A stretch of DNA of 63,667 bases, the filler included, from Octopus bimaculoides (lineage: Eukaryota): NCBI RefSeq assembly GCF_001194135.2. It is 4 parts of 4 records of this genome, joined end to end, with 100 filler letters (N's around TTAATTAATTAA, not from the genome) between each part and the next. Parts side by side here need not be neighbours in the genome. Positions count along the whole stretch, not along the records: positions 27,222 to 47,349 come from NC_068986.1; positions 47,450 to 61,195 come from NC_069004.1; 2 more parts are not named here. The stretch is one strand, 5' to 3'. Every line of letters starts with the position of its first letter. Position 1 is the first letter of the stretch. The notes beneath the pieces are model-generated. The model was not told the origin of the DNA, did not search any database, and saw nothing but the letters and a program-made list of their open reading frames with translations. Positions 39,671 through 52,159 of the stretch are shown here, piece by piece. The translations under genes were made by a program, and so were the position numbers.

Positions 39671-40519
39671 TATTCATAAAAAAGTATAGAACTGTATTAT
39701 CACCCTCAAATTTGAGAAACGAACATTCATAACTTTTTTCTTTTAAAACTTCATTGCATGAGATTGATACCATGAAATTCCTTGAATTGAGCTCTATCAT
39801 TTAAGTTTAATTAAAATACAGCTTGTTTTTAAAATAAAAAAAGCTAATTATATTTGAATCCAATTTTTTGCCTTATATTTTTTTCATGATATTTTACCTC
39901 ACAACTTTTTTGATCCAAAAATTTTGTTACATGGGACAAAAACTATGAAATTCCTCATACTTTCTTCTATTATTTAAGCTAAGATAAATATATATTGCTT
40001 TTAAAATAAAAAAGTTATTTAGATCTAAATTTGATTGGAGGCGTTACTTACTCTCCTATAACATTGCTACAAATATTGATGTAAACTTTTTTCTACTGGA
40101 CCAAATTTTAATTTTTTAATGCCAAAATATAACTAGGGACCAAAATATAACTAAGTAAATTGCAGCCTTAAGAATATTATTCAACTATTACCGTAGTTGA
40201 ATGATAGCTCATCCAAAAAAATTTATCTTACACTTATCATTTCGTCATCAAGTTTTATGCTTTATTATTAGGGTCAACAATAGAGAGAGAGAGAGAGAGA
40301 TGGGGTGCAGAGAGGGAGGAAAGTATTGATCCCCCCTCCACCTCATACTGGACTAGTAACTAATCTTTCACCTTGAAGAGATGAAAAGTTGACTTCTGTG
40401 GGCTTTAAACTCAGAACATTGAGAGTCAGAGCAAATACTCTTAGGCATCCCATTAATGACTGCCAATTGACCACCTAAGAAAGAAGAAGACTAAGAGATA
40501 ACATTGATTAACAGTGACA

Positions 40520-41110
40520 TTGGTGCAATGTGATGTAACTCCTCCTCCTCCTTTAATATTTGTTTGCGATGCTAGTTTGGGTTGGATGGCTTCACAGGCA
40601 CTGACAAGGCCAGGGTCTGCAAGAGATTCCATAGTTTGTTTTGGCTTGGTTTCTACTGCTGGATATCCTTCCTAACACCAACCATTTTACAGAGTATACT
40701 AGGTGTTCTTTTTACATGGCACCCTCACCAGTGCTTTTTATGTGGCATCAGCACTAGTGATTTATACATAACACCAGCACCTGAGCATTTTATGTGGTAC
40801 CAGCACCAGTGTTTTTTACATGGCACCAGCACCAATGATTTTTATATGACACCTTGGTTTTAGGGTATCATTTCTGTTGTGGTGAGCAGGCCTACTTGAT
40901 ATTCACAACATATCACAGTTCACTGTCATCTCCTTTGTAAAGCTCAGCATTTTGAGATCAACCTTTAATAATTCATCCCATGTTTTCCTGGGTCTCCCTC
41001 TTCCACAACATTCCTCAGCTTTAAGTGATCGGCACTTTTTTATGCATCTGAGCTCATCCATTCACATCACATGATTAAACCAGCACAGTCTTCCCTCTTG
41101 AACATTGCAT
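40520..41110 (-). mobile_element. RTE LINE 3' fragment
   Basis: ATGCTAGTTTGGGTTGG, GGATATCCTTCCTAACACCAACCA and CCCATGTTTTCCTGGGTCTCCCTC match the RTE 3' ends at 27.3 and 36.6 kb. Confidence 0.75.
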
Positions 41111-41179
41111 ATAATTCCTCTTACATAATTTCTTTTCACTCAATACAATAGTGCTGTTGCACATGTACATTGACATTGT

Positions 41180-41350
41180 ACATCCATGTGATGTATCCCT
41201 TTACTGGATATATAATATTGATGACAAATGGATATATCATGTAATGGCAAATGGAATATTTTTACAATAGCCCAAAATGATGTGCAATAGTGGTTTGGTC
41301 CTGAGGGTACTTCAAAACATTTCCCAAAGCTCATGTTCTACCAAAGAAAA
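41180..41350 (+). pseudogene. Mariner transposase remnant (first-D region)
   Basis: IDDKWIYH and Q*WFGPEGTSKHFPKLMFYQRKLILS resemble mariner DEKWILY...QWLDxxExPKHFPKPxLHQKKVM. Judged by eye. Confidence 0.45.
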
Positions 41351-42559
41351 CTGATATTGAGTGCAACGTTCTGTGATTTTAGAATCTCTTACTGAGGTGT
41401 CATCAATTTCAATTTTCTTCAAGTTCTAGACTGTCTTGCAGTGTATATTCCAGCTTTCTGCATTCTGAGTTCAAATCTCTCTAAAATCAACTTTGTCCTT
41501 TTCATCCTTTTGAGGTTGATAGAGTACCAGTGATAGACTGGTACAATCATTAGAACAGTTTGTGTCATTTGTTTTTATTCTATGTTCTGAGTTCATATTG
41601 CTCCATCCCCTACTTAGGTGTACATAATCTGATGCCCAGTTTAACTGTCTTGTCTGGTTTATGCCTTTAGTGACATCTATCTTGTTTCTGCAATCAGACT
41701 GCAATTAAAATTAAAAATTTATTTTTCAGTTACTTTCATCAATCTCAAAGGCTTTGAAAAGAGTCATGAGCACTGCCCTTCCTCCTGGTTAAGCCTTAAA
41801 ACAAATGTACTGGGATAATATGATGAATCTCTATCTACTTGCTCTAAAAAGACTTTTCTATGAGTTCAAAATAATTCTTCTCAATAACATTTTCAGATTT
41901 TACTTTGGCTCAGTTTACTAGTTCTTTTGTGCAGCATTTGACATTGAGTGAATAAGATATTGTGTTACTGCAGTTGTACACTGGTCATTGATATTGTCTG
42001 TACCTAGGTTTGCAGTTACTTCTATTGATTTAAAATATCAAAATGGAGATGTTTTCCTTACAATTATGATTAACTTTGTCCTAATTTTCTTGATCAACTA
42101 GTTGATAGGAAAATGTTATTTAATTGACATTACGGAACTTCTAGTTATGTTGGTAGTTAACTATGTTCATTTAAAAATTTTTCTGTTAAATATTTTTTAT
42201 TGATTTTGTTGATGATATTTCAGTTTCTCTTTCAATTTTTTTTCTCACAAGACAATAAAATACTTTGTTGAATGATATAGTGGATATTCTCCTGCAAATA
42301 TTGATGAATATGCTTTTTAAGATTTAGTAGATGAATGGTTAGAACATCTTTTAATATAGAATAGGTTTTTTGGGAGCTTTCTACAAAAATAGTACAAATC
42401 AGTAATGTGATTTCTAAAATGTTGGTGTTACTTAAATTAATTCTACATGGATATATTGTCCACAACCAGTAACTATTTCTATCATCTCTAAACTTAACCA
42501 AGTCTGCTCATATGGTACAAGATTGCTATCTATACACTAATGTAAAACACTATGTCTTG

Positions 42560-43110
42560 GGAGTTAAATCTATTTCTGGGCAGTGCCCCAGCAAGGCCAC
42601 ATCTGGTTGAAACTGACAATAAAATAATAGTATTTACAAGCCCCCAAGCTCACATATCTCAGCTCCATTATAGCCATCCATGCTGGTATTACCTGCCTTC
42701 TTTACCAAGAAGGAGTAATCAACAAACTGAGCAGACTTTTAAGCTTACATTATTACACTGGAGTTGATGTCTTTAATGATGATGAGTTTCTTAATGAATT
42801 TTAATGCATTTTAGAGGAACCACTCTTCCTTCTGAAATGCCTTCTTAGCTGGTAGGAGCAGATTCACCTAAAAAAATAATGACCTTCTAGACTGCCACCT
42901 TGGTGATACCATCTGTAGATGAAGGGATGCCATAATGAACATTGCACATCAATGTCTGAGGTCTGCTGTATCACAGTTAACCTTACAGCAGAGACTTCTC
43001 TCCCAAGCATTCCAGGAGACCATCATTTATATCCACCCAGTTGTTGTAATGTGCTGTTGACAATGTCTGTCTGGCAAGGAAGATAACGCCCTATCTATAA
43101 AGACCTGTAG
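42560..43110 (-). pseudogene. LINE AP-endonuclease remnant (RTE-like)
   Basis: ESAPT...KEE...KKLIIIKDINSSV...KAGNTSMDG resembles APE AYAPT...LIILGDFNARV...GxxNxNG. Many stops. Confidence 0.4.
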
Positions 43111-43373
43111 AATATCTCAGAATATCATATCCTCTATAAATGAATAAATAAAACTTAGATTTTTCTCCATTTTTACTCTGAAATGAGACTCAGAGTAACA
43201 ATAGTGAACAAATGTGTTTTAATTTACACACATACACAAATGCAGGCTTGTATACATACATTTATCTCTGCCATTGTCTGTCTGTCTGTATGTATGTCTG
43301 TCTGTCTGCTTGTCTGTTTGTCTCTGCCTGTCTGTCTCTCTCTCTCTCTATATCTATCTGTCTGTCTGTCTGC

Positions 43374-43417
<44 letters not shown>

Positions 43418-43451
43418 NNNNNNNNNNNNNNNNNNNNNNNNNNNNNNNNNN

Positions 43452-43487
<36 letters not shown>

Positions 43488-43610
43488 AAAAATAGGGTAA
43501 AAAATCATATATTAATTAATATCGATTAATTACTAGGAAGCTAGCACATTTAAAGAATCAAAGAGATTCAGAAACAGTATCTGCAATCTCAGGGGATTAA
43601 AGTACATTTT

Positions 43611-44109
43611 TATATATAACGTTGACCACTAACATGGATATTCAATGTGCTAGAAATAGATCACATCTTGTGTCTATTAAGACCTAAATTGTTCTCAACA
43701 TGAAATATAGCGGAATACCAAAACGTAAGCGGGCAAGACATTTAAAATCACCGGAAAAAATCATTATTAAACAGGGATGGTTTCAAAATTTAACAATCTT
43801 ACCGACTGTCTATTTCTCTTCAGCCTGATTTGTAATGTAACCATAATCCTCAGAACCCTATACAAAGTTGCCCACCGCCATAGGTGTGCGTATATATGGT
43901 TCTGCTAATTACAGCTTAATGGTAAAATTCAAAAGTCTTAATTTTGGCGCGCTAATTCCAGGAATATGTCTGCAGAAAATATTTACTGCGTCACATATAT
44001 CCAGTATGAGAACACTTTAATGGTTAATATATTAAAAAATAAGGTAAAAAATCATATATTAATTAATATCGATTAATTACCAGGAAGCTAGTGGTCAACG
44101 TTATATATA
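43611..44109. mobile_element. CpG-rich non-autonomous TIR element in (TA)n
   Basis: 21-bp perfect IR TATATATAACGTTGACCACTA (43611-43631 / 44089-44109); its right subterminal 59 bp is directly duplicated at 43486-43544 (2 mismatches). Confidence 0.7.
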
Positions 44110-44451
44110 TATATATATATCTTTTTATAGATATTAGTAAAAAATTTTATATATGACTGCTTGCCTGTAAACTCTTCCCTTGTTTCCCAACTAAACTCTT
44201 TAAAGCATGAAGATTGTACAGAAAGTATTGAAATAAATCTACGAGCTGTCCTTTGTAATTAGTGACACATTTTGTCAATTTGTCAATGTGATTGAATGAA
44301 ATTGCTAAAGTCAACATAAGAAAACTAACCTTGAAAGGTAAATTAAGTTGAAGGATCAGTGAAAAGACATAGAGAGCTTTTAAAAGGTTGCAAGAAACTG
44401 AAGCTCAGATAGCAACATCAGAGGGAGGACTAAATATGCCACCAATGGTGC

Positions 44452-44758
44452 TGTTGTATAATGAAACTGTACTCCCCATCCAGTAAAAAGTGGTAGGATT
44501 AGCCATTATAAATAGATCAGTAGCTGGTCGTCGAGGGATGGTTGAGAGTCAGAGAGTTGAGACTCAACAGTTCTAGTTGGTGTCTTGTGGAGCTATCAGC
44601 AATAGTAAGACAGAGGTAGTTGGTGTATAACTATTCTGGTACAAAAAGTTATAACGGTATCTGATGACTAGTAACTATTGTGGCTACTAGTGTAAACAGC
44701 AACTACAGTACAACAGCAGTCACACATCACACCAGTGGGAGAAACCCACTTTACAACA
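44452..44758 (+). mobile_element. Ty3/Gypsy 5' LTR (307 bp)
   Basis: Begins TGTTGTA and ends TACAACA (7-bp inverted termini), immediately followed by a PBS-like sequence and gag. Confidence 0.8.
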
Positions 44759-44770
44759 GTGGCAATGAGG
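44759..44770 (+). promoter_or_regulatory. Primer-binding site (degenerate)
   Basis: GTGGCAATGAGG: TGG one base after the LTR end, complementary to a tRNA CCA end. Confidence 0.65.
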
Positions 44771-44902
44771 AAAAACAAATTTATGTGAAGTGAAAAAAAG
44801 ACATTCACACAGAGAGTTTAAACTAATTTGTATGGAAAATTAAATAACTTGACAAAAAAGAAACAAAAATCTCGTTGGGCAAACTTACAAAAATCATAAA
44901 AT

Positions 44903-45600
44903 ATGGAAGACTTGTTAGCTAGGGTAGTTGAGTTGCAAAAACAGCAACAACAACAACTCAAGGAACAACAAGGACAACAACAAGGATTGCAGCAGCAAAT
45001 GTTACAATTGATGAAGTTGGTAACCAAACTGGAGAATAAATTTTCACCTGACCATGTTGCAAATTCCATAAATGAATTCAAATATGACCATGAAGAAGGA
45101 GTAACTTTCAAGGTTTACTTTCAAAAATTTGAACAAATTTTTGGAAAAGAATGTCAGGATTGGACAGACAAAAGAAAAACGCGTCTAATTTTAAGAAAGC
45201 TAGTGACAGCAGAACATGAGAAGTATAGTAACTTCATATTGCCAAAAAAAGCGTCCAACATAAATTTCACCGACACAGTTGACATTTTGTGCGAAATGTT
45301 TAGTGAAAAGAGCTCACTGTTTAATACTAGATGGAAATATTTAAACATAGAAAAGAGCGAAGATGAAGAGTTCACTACTTATATAGGCAGAGTCAACAAA
45401 GAATGTGAGAGATTTAGCCGAATATGCTTGCTCCAGATTCTTTCAAGTGTTTGATTTTTGCACAAGGATTGACAGATAAAAGAGATGCAGAAATCTGAAC
45501 AAAACTGGAAATGGGCCAGGATTTGACATTGCAGAAACTGTTGGAAGAATGTGACATGATATTAAGATGAAGGCATGACACAGAAGAAAGGCAATGGAAA
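44903..45600 (+). pseudogene. Gypsy gag (K02A2.6-like family), frameshifted near 45420
   Basis: MEDLLARVVELQKQQQQ...FSPDHVANSINEFKYDHEEGVTFKVYFQKFEQIF...KYSNFILPK...SLFNTRWKYL. Confidence 0.8.
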
Positions 45601-45654
45601 GAGTGTTTTCACATAAGACGAGTGCAAAAAAGTCAGAAGATAAATAAAGTGTTG

Positions 45655-47320
45655 CACACAATTACCCACTGCCAAGCCCAGAAGAAGTATTTGCAAAACT
45701 AAACAGAGGGAAAATTTTCTCAAAGTTAGGCCTCTCAGAAGTATACCTTCAAATTCAGTTGGAGGAAGATTGCACACATCTACTAACAATCAACATGTGC
45801 CGTGGATTGTACAATTTCAAACAACTACCATTTGGAGTAAAAGTGGTACCTGCCATATTCCAACAAATAATGAATGCAATGTTAAGTGATTGCGACTTCG
45901 CCATCGCATACCTCAATGACATTTTGATAAAGAGCGAGTCTCAGGTGCAACACGTCAAACACATAAAGAAAGTATTTGAGAGAATAAGTGAATATGGGCT
46001 AAAACTGACAGAAGAAAAATGTAAATTTTTGATGGAAAAAATAGGACAAGTAATCAACAAAAGTGGATGCAGACCAGACCCATCAAGGTTGATGGCAATA
46101 TGAAATATGCCACCCCCAACAAATATGACTATGCTACAAGCATTCCTAGGTTTGGTAAATTATTACCAAGTGTATATCCCAAATATACATAAGGTATACA
46201 TAATGAATTACTAAAATAAAAATGCCAAATGGATTTGGACAGAGAAATGCCAGAAAGCATTTAATGAGTTAAAAGATGTGTTAACTTTAGACTTATGTCT
46301 TGTGCATTTTAACCCAAAGTTAGAGATAAAACTAGCTACAGATGCTACAGTGAGTATGGGATAGGAGCTGTGCTCCTACACAAGGATAACAATGGCAGGA
46401 GAAGGGCCATAGCTCACATGTCAATTACATTATTGCTGGCATAAAAGAGTTACAGCCAAATTGAAAAAGAGGCATTAACTATTACATTTGGCATGGAAAA
46501 GTTCCACAGGTTCATTCACAGCAGACATTTTTGGTTTCAAATGGACCATAGACCTCTAATAAGGATATACAGAGCCAAGAAAAGAATCCCGACACATACA
46601 GCAAACAATCTACGGTAGTGGGGTACTGTTCTATTAAAATACGATTATAGAATGGAATGTCTGCCTTCAAAAAAGTTGGAGCATGCTGATGGTCTGTCTA
46701 GATTAATTTTGAGAAATAACAAACTGTTGGAGGACACCATAATAGCAGCACTAAGATTGGAGGCGGAAACAAACAAAAAATGATGTGGAACATTGCATGT
46801 GAACTACCAGTAACTTTGGAAGAAATAAAAAGAAATGCGAGAAATGACAAATGTATTAATGAGACAAAAAGAAAACTGTTGTCGACAAAAGGAAATAAAG
46901 AAAGGTCTGATGCAAAGAACTGCCAAGATGTGAGCATGTACTCTATGTGATGGTGTACTAATGTACACTCAAAAGGTGGTCATACCACAGACATTACAGA
47001 AGAAAATGCTAAAAGAGTTCCATGTGGGGCATCCAGGTATCTTTAGAATGAAAACACTGATGCAAAGTTTTGTATATTGGCCAAGCATAGACAAGGAAGT
47101 TGAAAAACTAGTAAAAGGCTGCTGAGGATCTGTATATCATTATTAGAGGTCAGCTTAAGGAACAAATCATAGAAAAGGAACCAATAAGAGTAGAAATACC
47201 AATGGATTGGCTATATGACACTTTTCAGGTTCTAACACCATTACAAGAAGTTGAAACCACATGTACAAGGAAAAGGAAGAACACTGAATTCCTAAAAGTA
47301 GATCCTAAGAAAAAAAGATA
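45655..47320 (+). pseudogene. Gypsy pol remnant: RT (N-terminally deleted), RNase H, integrase zinc-binding region, C-terminal tail
   Basis: PLPSPEEVFAKL, LPFGVKVVPAIFQQ, AYLNDILI, ATDA, YSQIEKEAL, HADGLSRL, HVGHPGIFRMK...WPSIDKEVE. No protease or integrase core found. Confidence 0.85.
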
Positions 47321-49994
47321 TTGAATATATATATATATATATATATATANNNNNNNNNNNNNNNNNNNNNNNNNNNNNNNNNNNNNNNNNNNNTTAATTA
47401 ATTAANNNNNNNNNNNNNNNNNNNNNNNNNNNNNNNNNNNNNNNNNNNNTACATACATATATACACACACATGTATATATGTATATATTTACGTCCGTAT
47501 TATATATACGCACATATATATGAGCATATATATATATTTGTATAGATACATACATTTATGGATATGTAAATTTGTGTGTGTATGTATGTATTCATATATA
47601 TACACACACGAATACATATACACATATGTAACTACATATATGTATGCACAAGAATGTATTTGCACTCTCACAAATATACACACAGATACACACACATATA
47701 TATTTGTACAATTGCGTATGTATATGTATACATACACATATAAGTTATATGTGTGTTGGTAGAACAATTGGGTGTATGTGCGTATATGTTTACATCATAC
47801 ACATAATTACACACACACACCTGGAAAGAACAGTACCCATGCACAGGTAACTTCATTTACACCTGTTGATTTATTTGTATATGTCTTATGTACAACACAA
47901 ACCTGGTTATATATGAGAAGAATTGAAATTGTGTACCAGAAAACAGATAGAATCCATCCGTCCATCAATCCGTTCATCCAACCTTCGAAACATAATACAT
48001 ACGTACATATACATACATACATATATATATATATGTTTTTCGATTAAAATGTAGTCTTGGGTCCCTTTGGATCTTATTCCATATAAAAAGCAATCAAACT
48101 TGAAATTGAAGGTTTCCCTACTTTTAGCAGTGTAACATAAACGTATTTTTTTACGCGGTAAAGTTCGATAGTGACTTCGAAGTTTCGTCTCACTAGCTAT
48201 CATCACACCATATATTTTGACGCACAGGCGCACACACTACAAACATTATATATATATATATATATACATACACATACATACAAATATATTTGTATGTGTG
48301 TGTACATATATGAAGCATATTCCTACATTTACATACACACGTATTTATATGTGTGTATATATGTACATATATTTATAGAGATATATGTATGTATATTTAT
48401 ATGTATTTAGCACTCCCTGTCCACGTTAGTTTGCTCACACGAATATATCGACTATTTATACATATGTTTAAAGTGCATCTTCGTTGATGCATTTTCTGAC
48501 GGTGCATTTACACGCGTTTATATAAATTGTATGGACAACACATGTATGAAATCCTACATGCGCTATTTTGCATGTTCATATATCATACGTATATAGTGAA
48601 AGAGAGAGAGAGAGAGAGAGGGGGGAGAGAAGAAGAGAGAGGAAGTGAGAGAGGAGAGATTGGGAGTGAGAAGAATGGAGAATGCATGTATATAGATATA
48701 AATATGTATTTTTATATGCTTACTTTTGTCCTCATATATTCACATATATCGATATATGCACAAATATCTATATAAATATACGTCTATATATATATATACA
48801 TGCATACATAAATACGTATATATGNNNNNNNNNNNNNNNNNNNNNNNNNNNNNNNNNNNNNNNNNNNNNNNNNNNNNNNNNNNNNNNNNNNNNNNNNNNN
48901 NNNNNNNNNNNNNNNNNNNNNNNNNNNNNNNNNNNNNNNNNNNNNNNNNNNNNNNNNNNNNNNNNNNNNNNNNNNNNNNNNNNNNNNNNNNNNNNNNNNN
49001 NNNNNNNNNNNNNNNNNNNNNNNNNNNNNNNNNNNNNNNNNNNNNNNNNNNNNNNNNNNNNNNNNNNNNNNNNNNNNNNNNNNNNNNNNNNNNNNNNNNN
49101 NNNNNNNNNNNNNNNNNNNNNNNNNNNNNNNNNNNNNNNNNNNNNNNNNNNNNNNNNNNNNNNNNNNNNNNNNNNNNNNNNNNNNNNNNNNNNNNNNNNN
49201 NNNNNNNNNNNTATATACATGCATATTCAAATTCCTTATTGACAAAATGCATTCAAAAAAAGTCTTAAAAATCTCTCATTTCCCTTAAGATGTTATTTGA
49301 AACAAAAACGAAGATGAAAAAAATCAAAAACAAAAAAACGCGCTAAATTACTTTAAAATATAGAAAAATTTGCCGTCGCTATGTCTGTCATTTTGTCATT
49401 TGAAGCAAACAGAATCGAAGAACTTACCACCGGACAACCACTTTTTGATCAGGGGGTTACGGTTCTGCTTTTTTTTTTTTTTTGGCGTGGGTAGAGGTAG
49501 CAGATCAAATAATTCTTCACGGGGAGAAACAGGAGCTTAATATATCGTAATTTTGGCCGATCGCTGTTTCTGAAAGCTTTCTGAGTATTATGTAACGAAA
49601 GGAATACTTACTGTGTGTCGCAGTAGTCCTCACACACAAGTCTTGCATATGTGCATGTATGCGTATATGTACGTTCTGTGTACGTGTTTGTGTATGTGTT
49701 TGTGAGTTTATGTGTGAGAGAGTGTGTGTACATACGTACGTAGACACACTCATATGTGTGCACCACACAGAAGGTACGAATGAAAAAGTGAAGGGGATGG
49801 ACTATTTCGGTGTTCCGCGACAGCATTTAACACTACGTAAATTGCTAAACACCTCGGCAAGGGACATTTTTGACGCAGGAACGAATCTGACAAGCGAAAC
49901 AAGAGAGTTTGTATAAATCCAGGTGACCATATGTAAAGCGGGTATGAAGTAAGTCTGTTACCAACGGAAAGGTACTATTTCTCCTCGATGTGTA

Positions 49995-50090
49995 TGCGCT
50001 TACCATGGCGCTAGAAGTCCGGCCTGGGCGGCGCATATGGTAGACTTCCGCATTATGATAATGCTTAGTGTTTCCGGTTGAACCAATACG
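49995..50090 (-). promoter_or_regulatory. Candidate promoter / ATG-terminal first exon
   Basis: Minus strand GCGCC-ATG|GTAAGC (ATG 50006-50004); ETS-like GCGGAAGT and ACCGGAAA; CCAAT; CpG-rich unique sequence. Motifs only. Confidence 0.3.
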
Positions 50091-50189
50091 ATCACTTCTT
50101 ACCGTTTCTTTTAAATTCACTTTTGTGAAAATAATTACAAAAAAACCCAAAAAAAAAACCCAACTAAAACAAAAATTTTAAGATGACTT

Positions 50190-50232
50190 TGATGACGACA
50201 TCTATGATGATGATGATGATGATGATGAAGAA

Positions 50233-50280
<48 letters not shown>

Positions 50281-50308
50281 GATGATGTTGATGATGGTGA
50301 TGATGATG

Positions 50309-50400
<92 letters not shown>

Positions 50401-51260
50401 AGTCGTGATGATGAAGGTGATCAGCATGAGGATGAAACGGAGACGCTGGAGTGGGTGGGGGCCAGGATAACGCTGATGATGATATTGACGGCGGTGGTGG
50501 TGATGGCAATGCTGGTATCTATGATGACGATTTTGGCAATGACGATGATGATGACGATGATGCTGATGATGATGTTAACGACGACGACGACGACGACGAT
50601 GGTGTTAATGATGTTTCTTTTATGACATTGCTAATGATGATGGTAATGACGACGGCAAAGACGATAATGGTGATGATGGTGATGATGATGATGATGATGG
50701 TGATGATGATTCTCGTCATATGTTACAAGCAGTTATTCCAACGACCCCAGAAGGAGAACAAAGAACTTCGCTGTTGTGGTGCGATATTGAGTTGGAAGAA
50801 ACTTATTCGCCCCGCCTTGACTCCACTTCTCTCTCTGATGCTCAACCAATTCTCCGAAACGTCGAGGACGACGGGAATGATGGTACGAATATTTAATGAA
50901 GATGATGCTGCTGCTGGTGATGACGATGATGATGATGATGGCGACGACAATGACGGTGATGATGATGATGATGATGATGATAGTGGTGATAGTGATAATG
51001 ACGATGACAACGATGACAACGGTGACGATGACAACGATGACAACGGTGACGATGACAACGACGGCTAAGGTGGTAACGACGACCAAGGGGGCAACGATGA
51101 CGATGACAACGGTGATGACGACGACGAAGGTGACAACGATAACAATTTTGATAACGACGACGTCGATGACGATGACAATGATGACGAAATGACGATGACA
51201 GCGATGACAACGACGATGACAACGACGATGACAATGATGATGATGATGATGATGGTTATT
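50190..51260. repeat. (GAT)n/(GAC)n low-complexity tract
   Basis: Visible; explains the poly-M/D/H ORFs. Confidence 0.95.
50733..50882 (+). CDS. Candidate 150-nt phase-1/phase-1 exon of unknown product
   Basis: Unique island in the GAT tract; CAG|TT ATT CCA...GAT G|GTACGA; open frame IPTTPEGEQRTSLLWCDIELEETYSPRLDSTSLSDAQPILRNVEDDGND. Weak polypyrimidine tract; no recognised homology. Confidence 0.25.
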
Positions 51261-51429
51261 GTCAAAGTGCACATCGCACACGCATTCTACTCAATAGACA
51301 AAACACTAAAAATACCACCAAAAATCCTGCAGAGGCAACGAAGCAGGACTGATGTGGAATAGAAACCCGATTCCACGCCTCCAAAGATAATGCTGCACAC
51401 GTCTAAGGAATACGAGGGGTGCAACCTGT

Positions 51430-51750
51430 CACTCCGTCGGTTACGACGATGAGCGTTCCAGTTGATCCGATCGACGGAACAACCTGCTCGTGAAGTTAAC
51501 GTGCAAGTGGCTGAGCACTCCACAGACACGCCGACCCTTCATTAGTTTCTCAGGAAGTTTCACGTGACTTAAAATGTGACAAGGCTTGTCCCCACCTCTT
51601 TGAATAACCTCATTTTACTTGCACAGTGAACTGGAGCAACGAGAAATAGAGCCCCTACTCAAGGACACAACGTGCCGCCGGGAATCGAACTCATAACCTC
51701 ATGATCGGATTGTGAACCGAATATCCGAACCATTAAGATACGTACCTTCA
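51430..51750 (-). mobile_element. SINE family A-related
   Basis: CACTCCGTCGGTTACGACG...GTGCAAGTGGCTGAGCACTCCAC is the reverse complement of the 3' domain of 14423-14807; B box GGGAATCGAAC at ~51680. Confidence 0.85.
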
Positions 51751-51789
51751 CCACGACGATTCTACCAGACCAGCTGGAGCAGTAGAAAG

Positions 51790-51977
51790 CTAGCATTAAC
51801 CTGCCCAAGGCCAGGAATCTTGTGGATTCGATTATATGGACACTAGTTTATAACTGGTACTATATTTTGCGGCCCTGGAAGGCTGAAAGGCAAAACACTG
51901 AACCTGATAGGATTTGAACCCAGGACTCGGAACACATACCTCTAGACACTTTGTTCGATATTCTAACGACGCTCCTA

Positions 51978-52020
<43 letters not shown>

Positions 52021-52135
52021 GGTTTAAAATTTTGGTACAAAGCTAGCAATTTTAGAGGGGAGGGGCAAGTTGAGTTCATCGATCTTAGGGTTCAACTGGT
52101 GCTTATTTTATCATCTCCGAAAGGATTAATGATGT
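51790..52135 (-). mobile_element. Two SINE family C fragments separated by (ACT)n
   Basis: GAAGGCTGAAAGGCAAA...GGATTTGAACC, then (ACT)n at 51978-52020, then the family C tail TTTTGGTACAAAGCTAGCAATTTTAGAGGGGAGGGG. Confidence 0.65.
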
Positions 52136-52159
52136 GAAACAGCGATTTCCTTAAATCTA

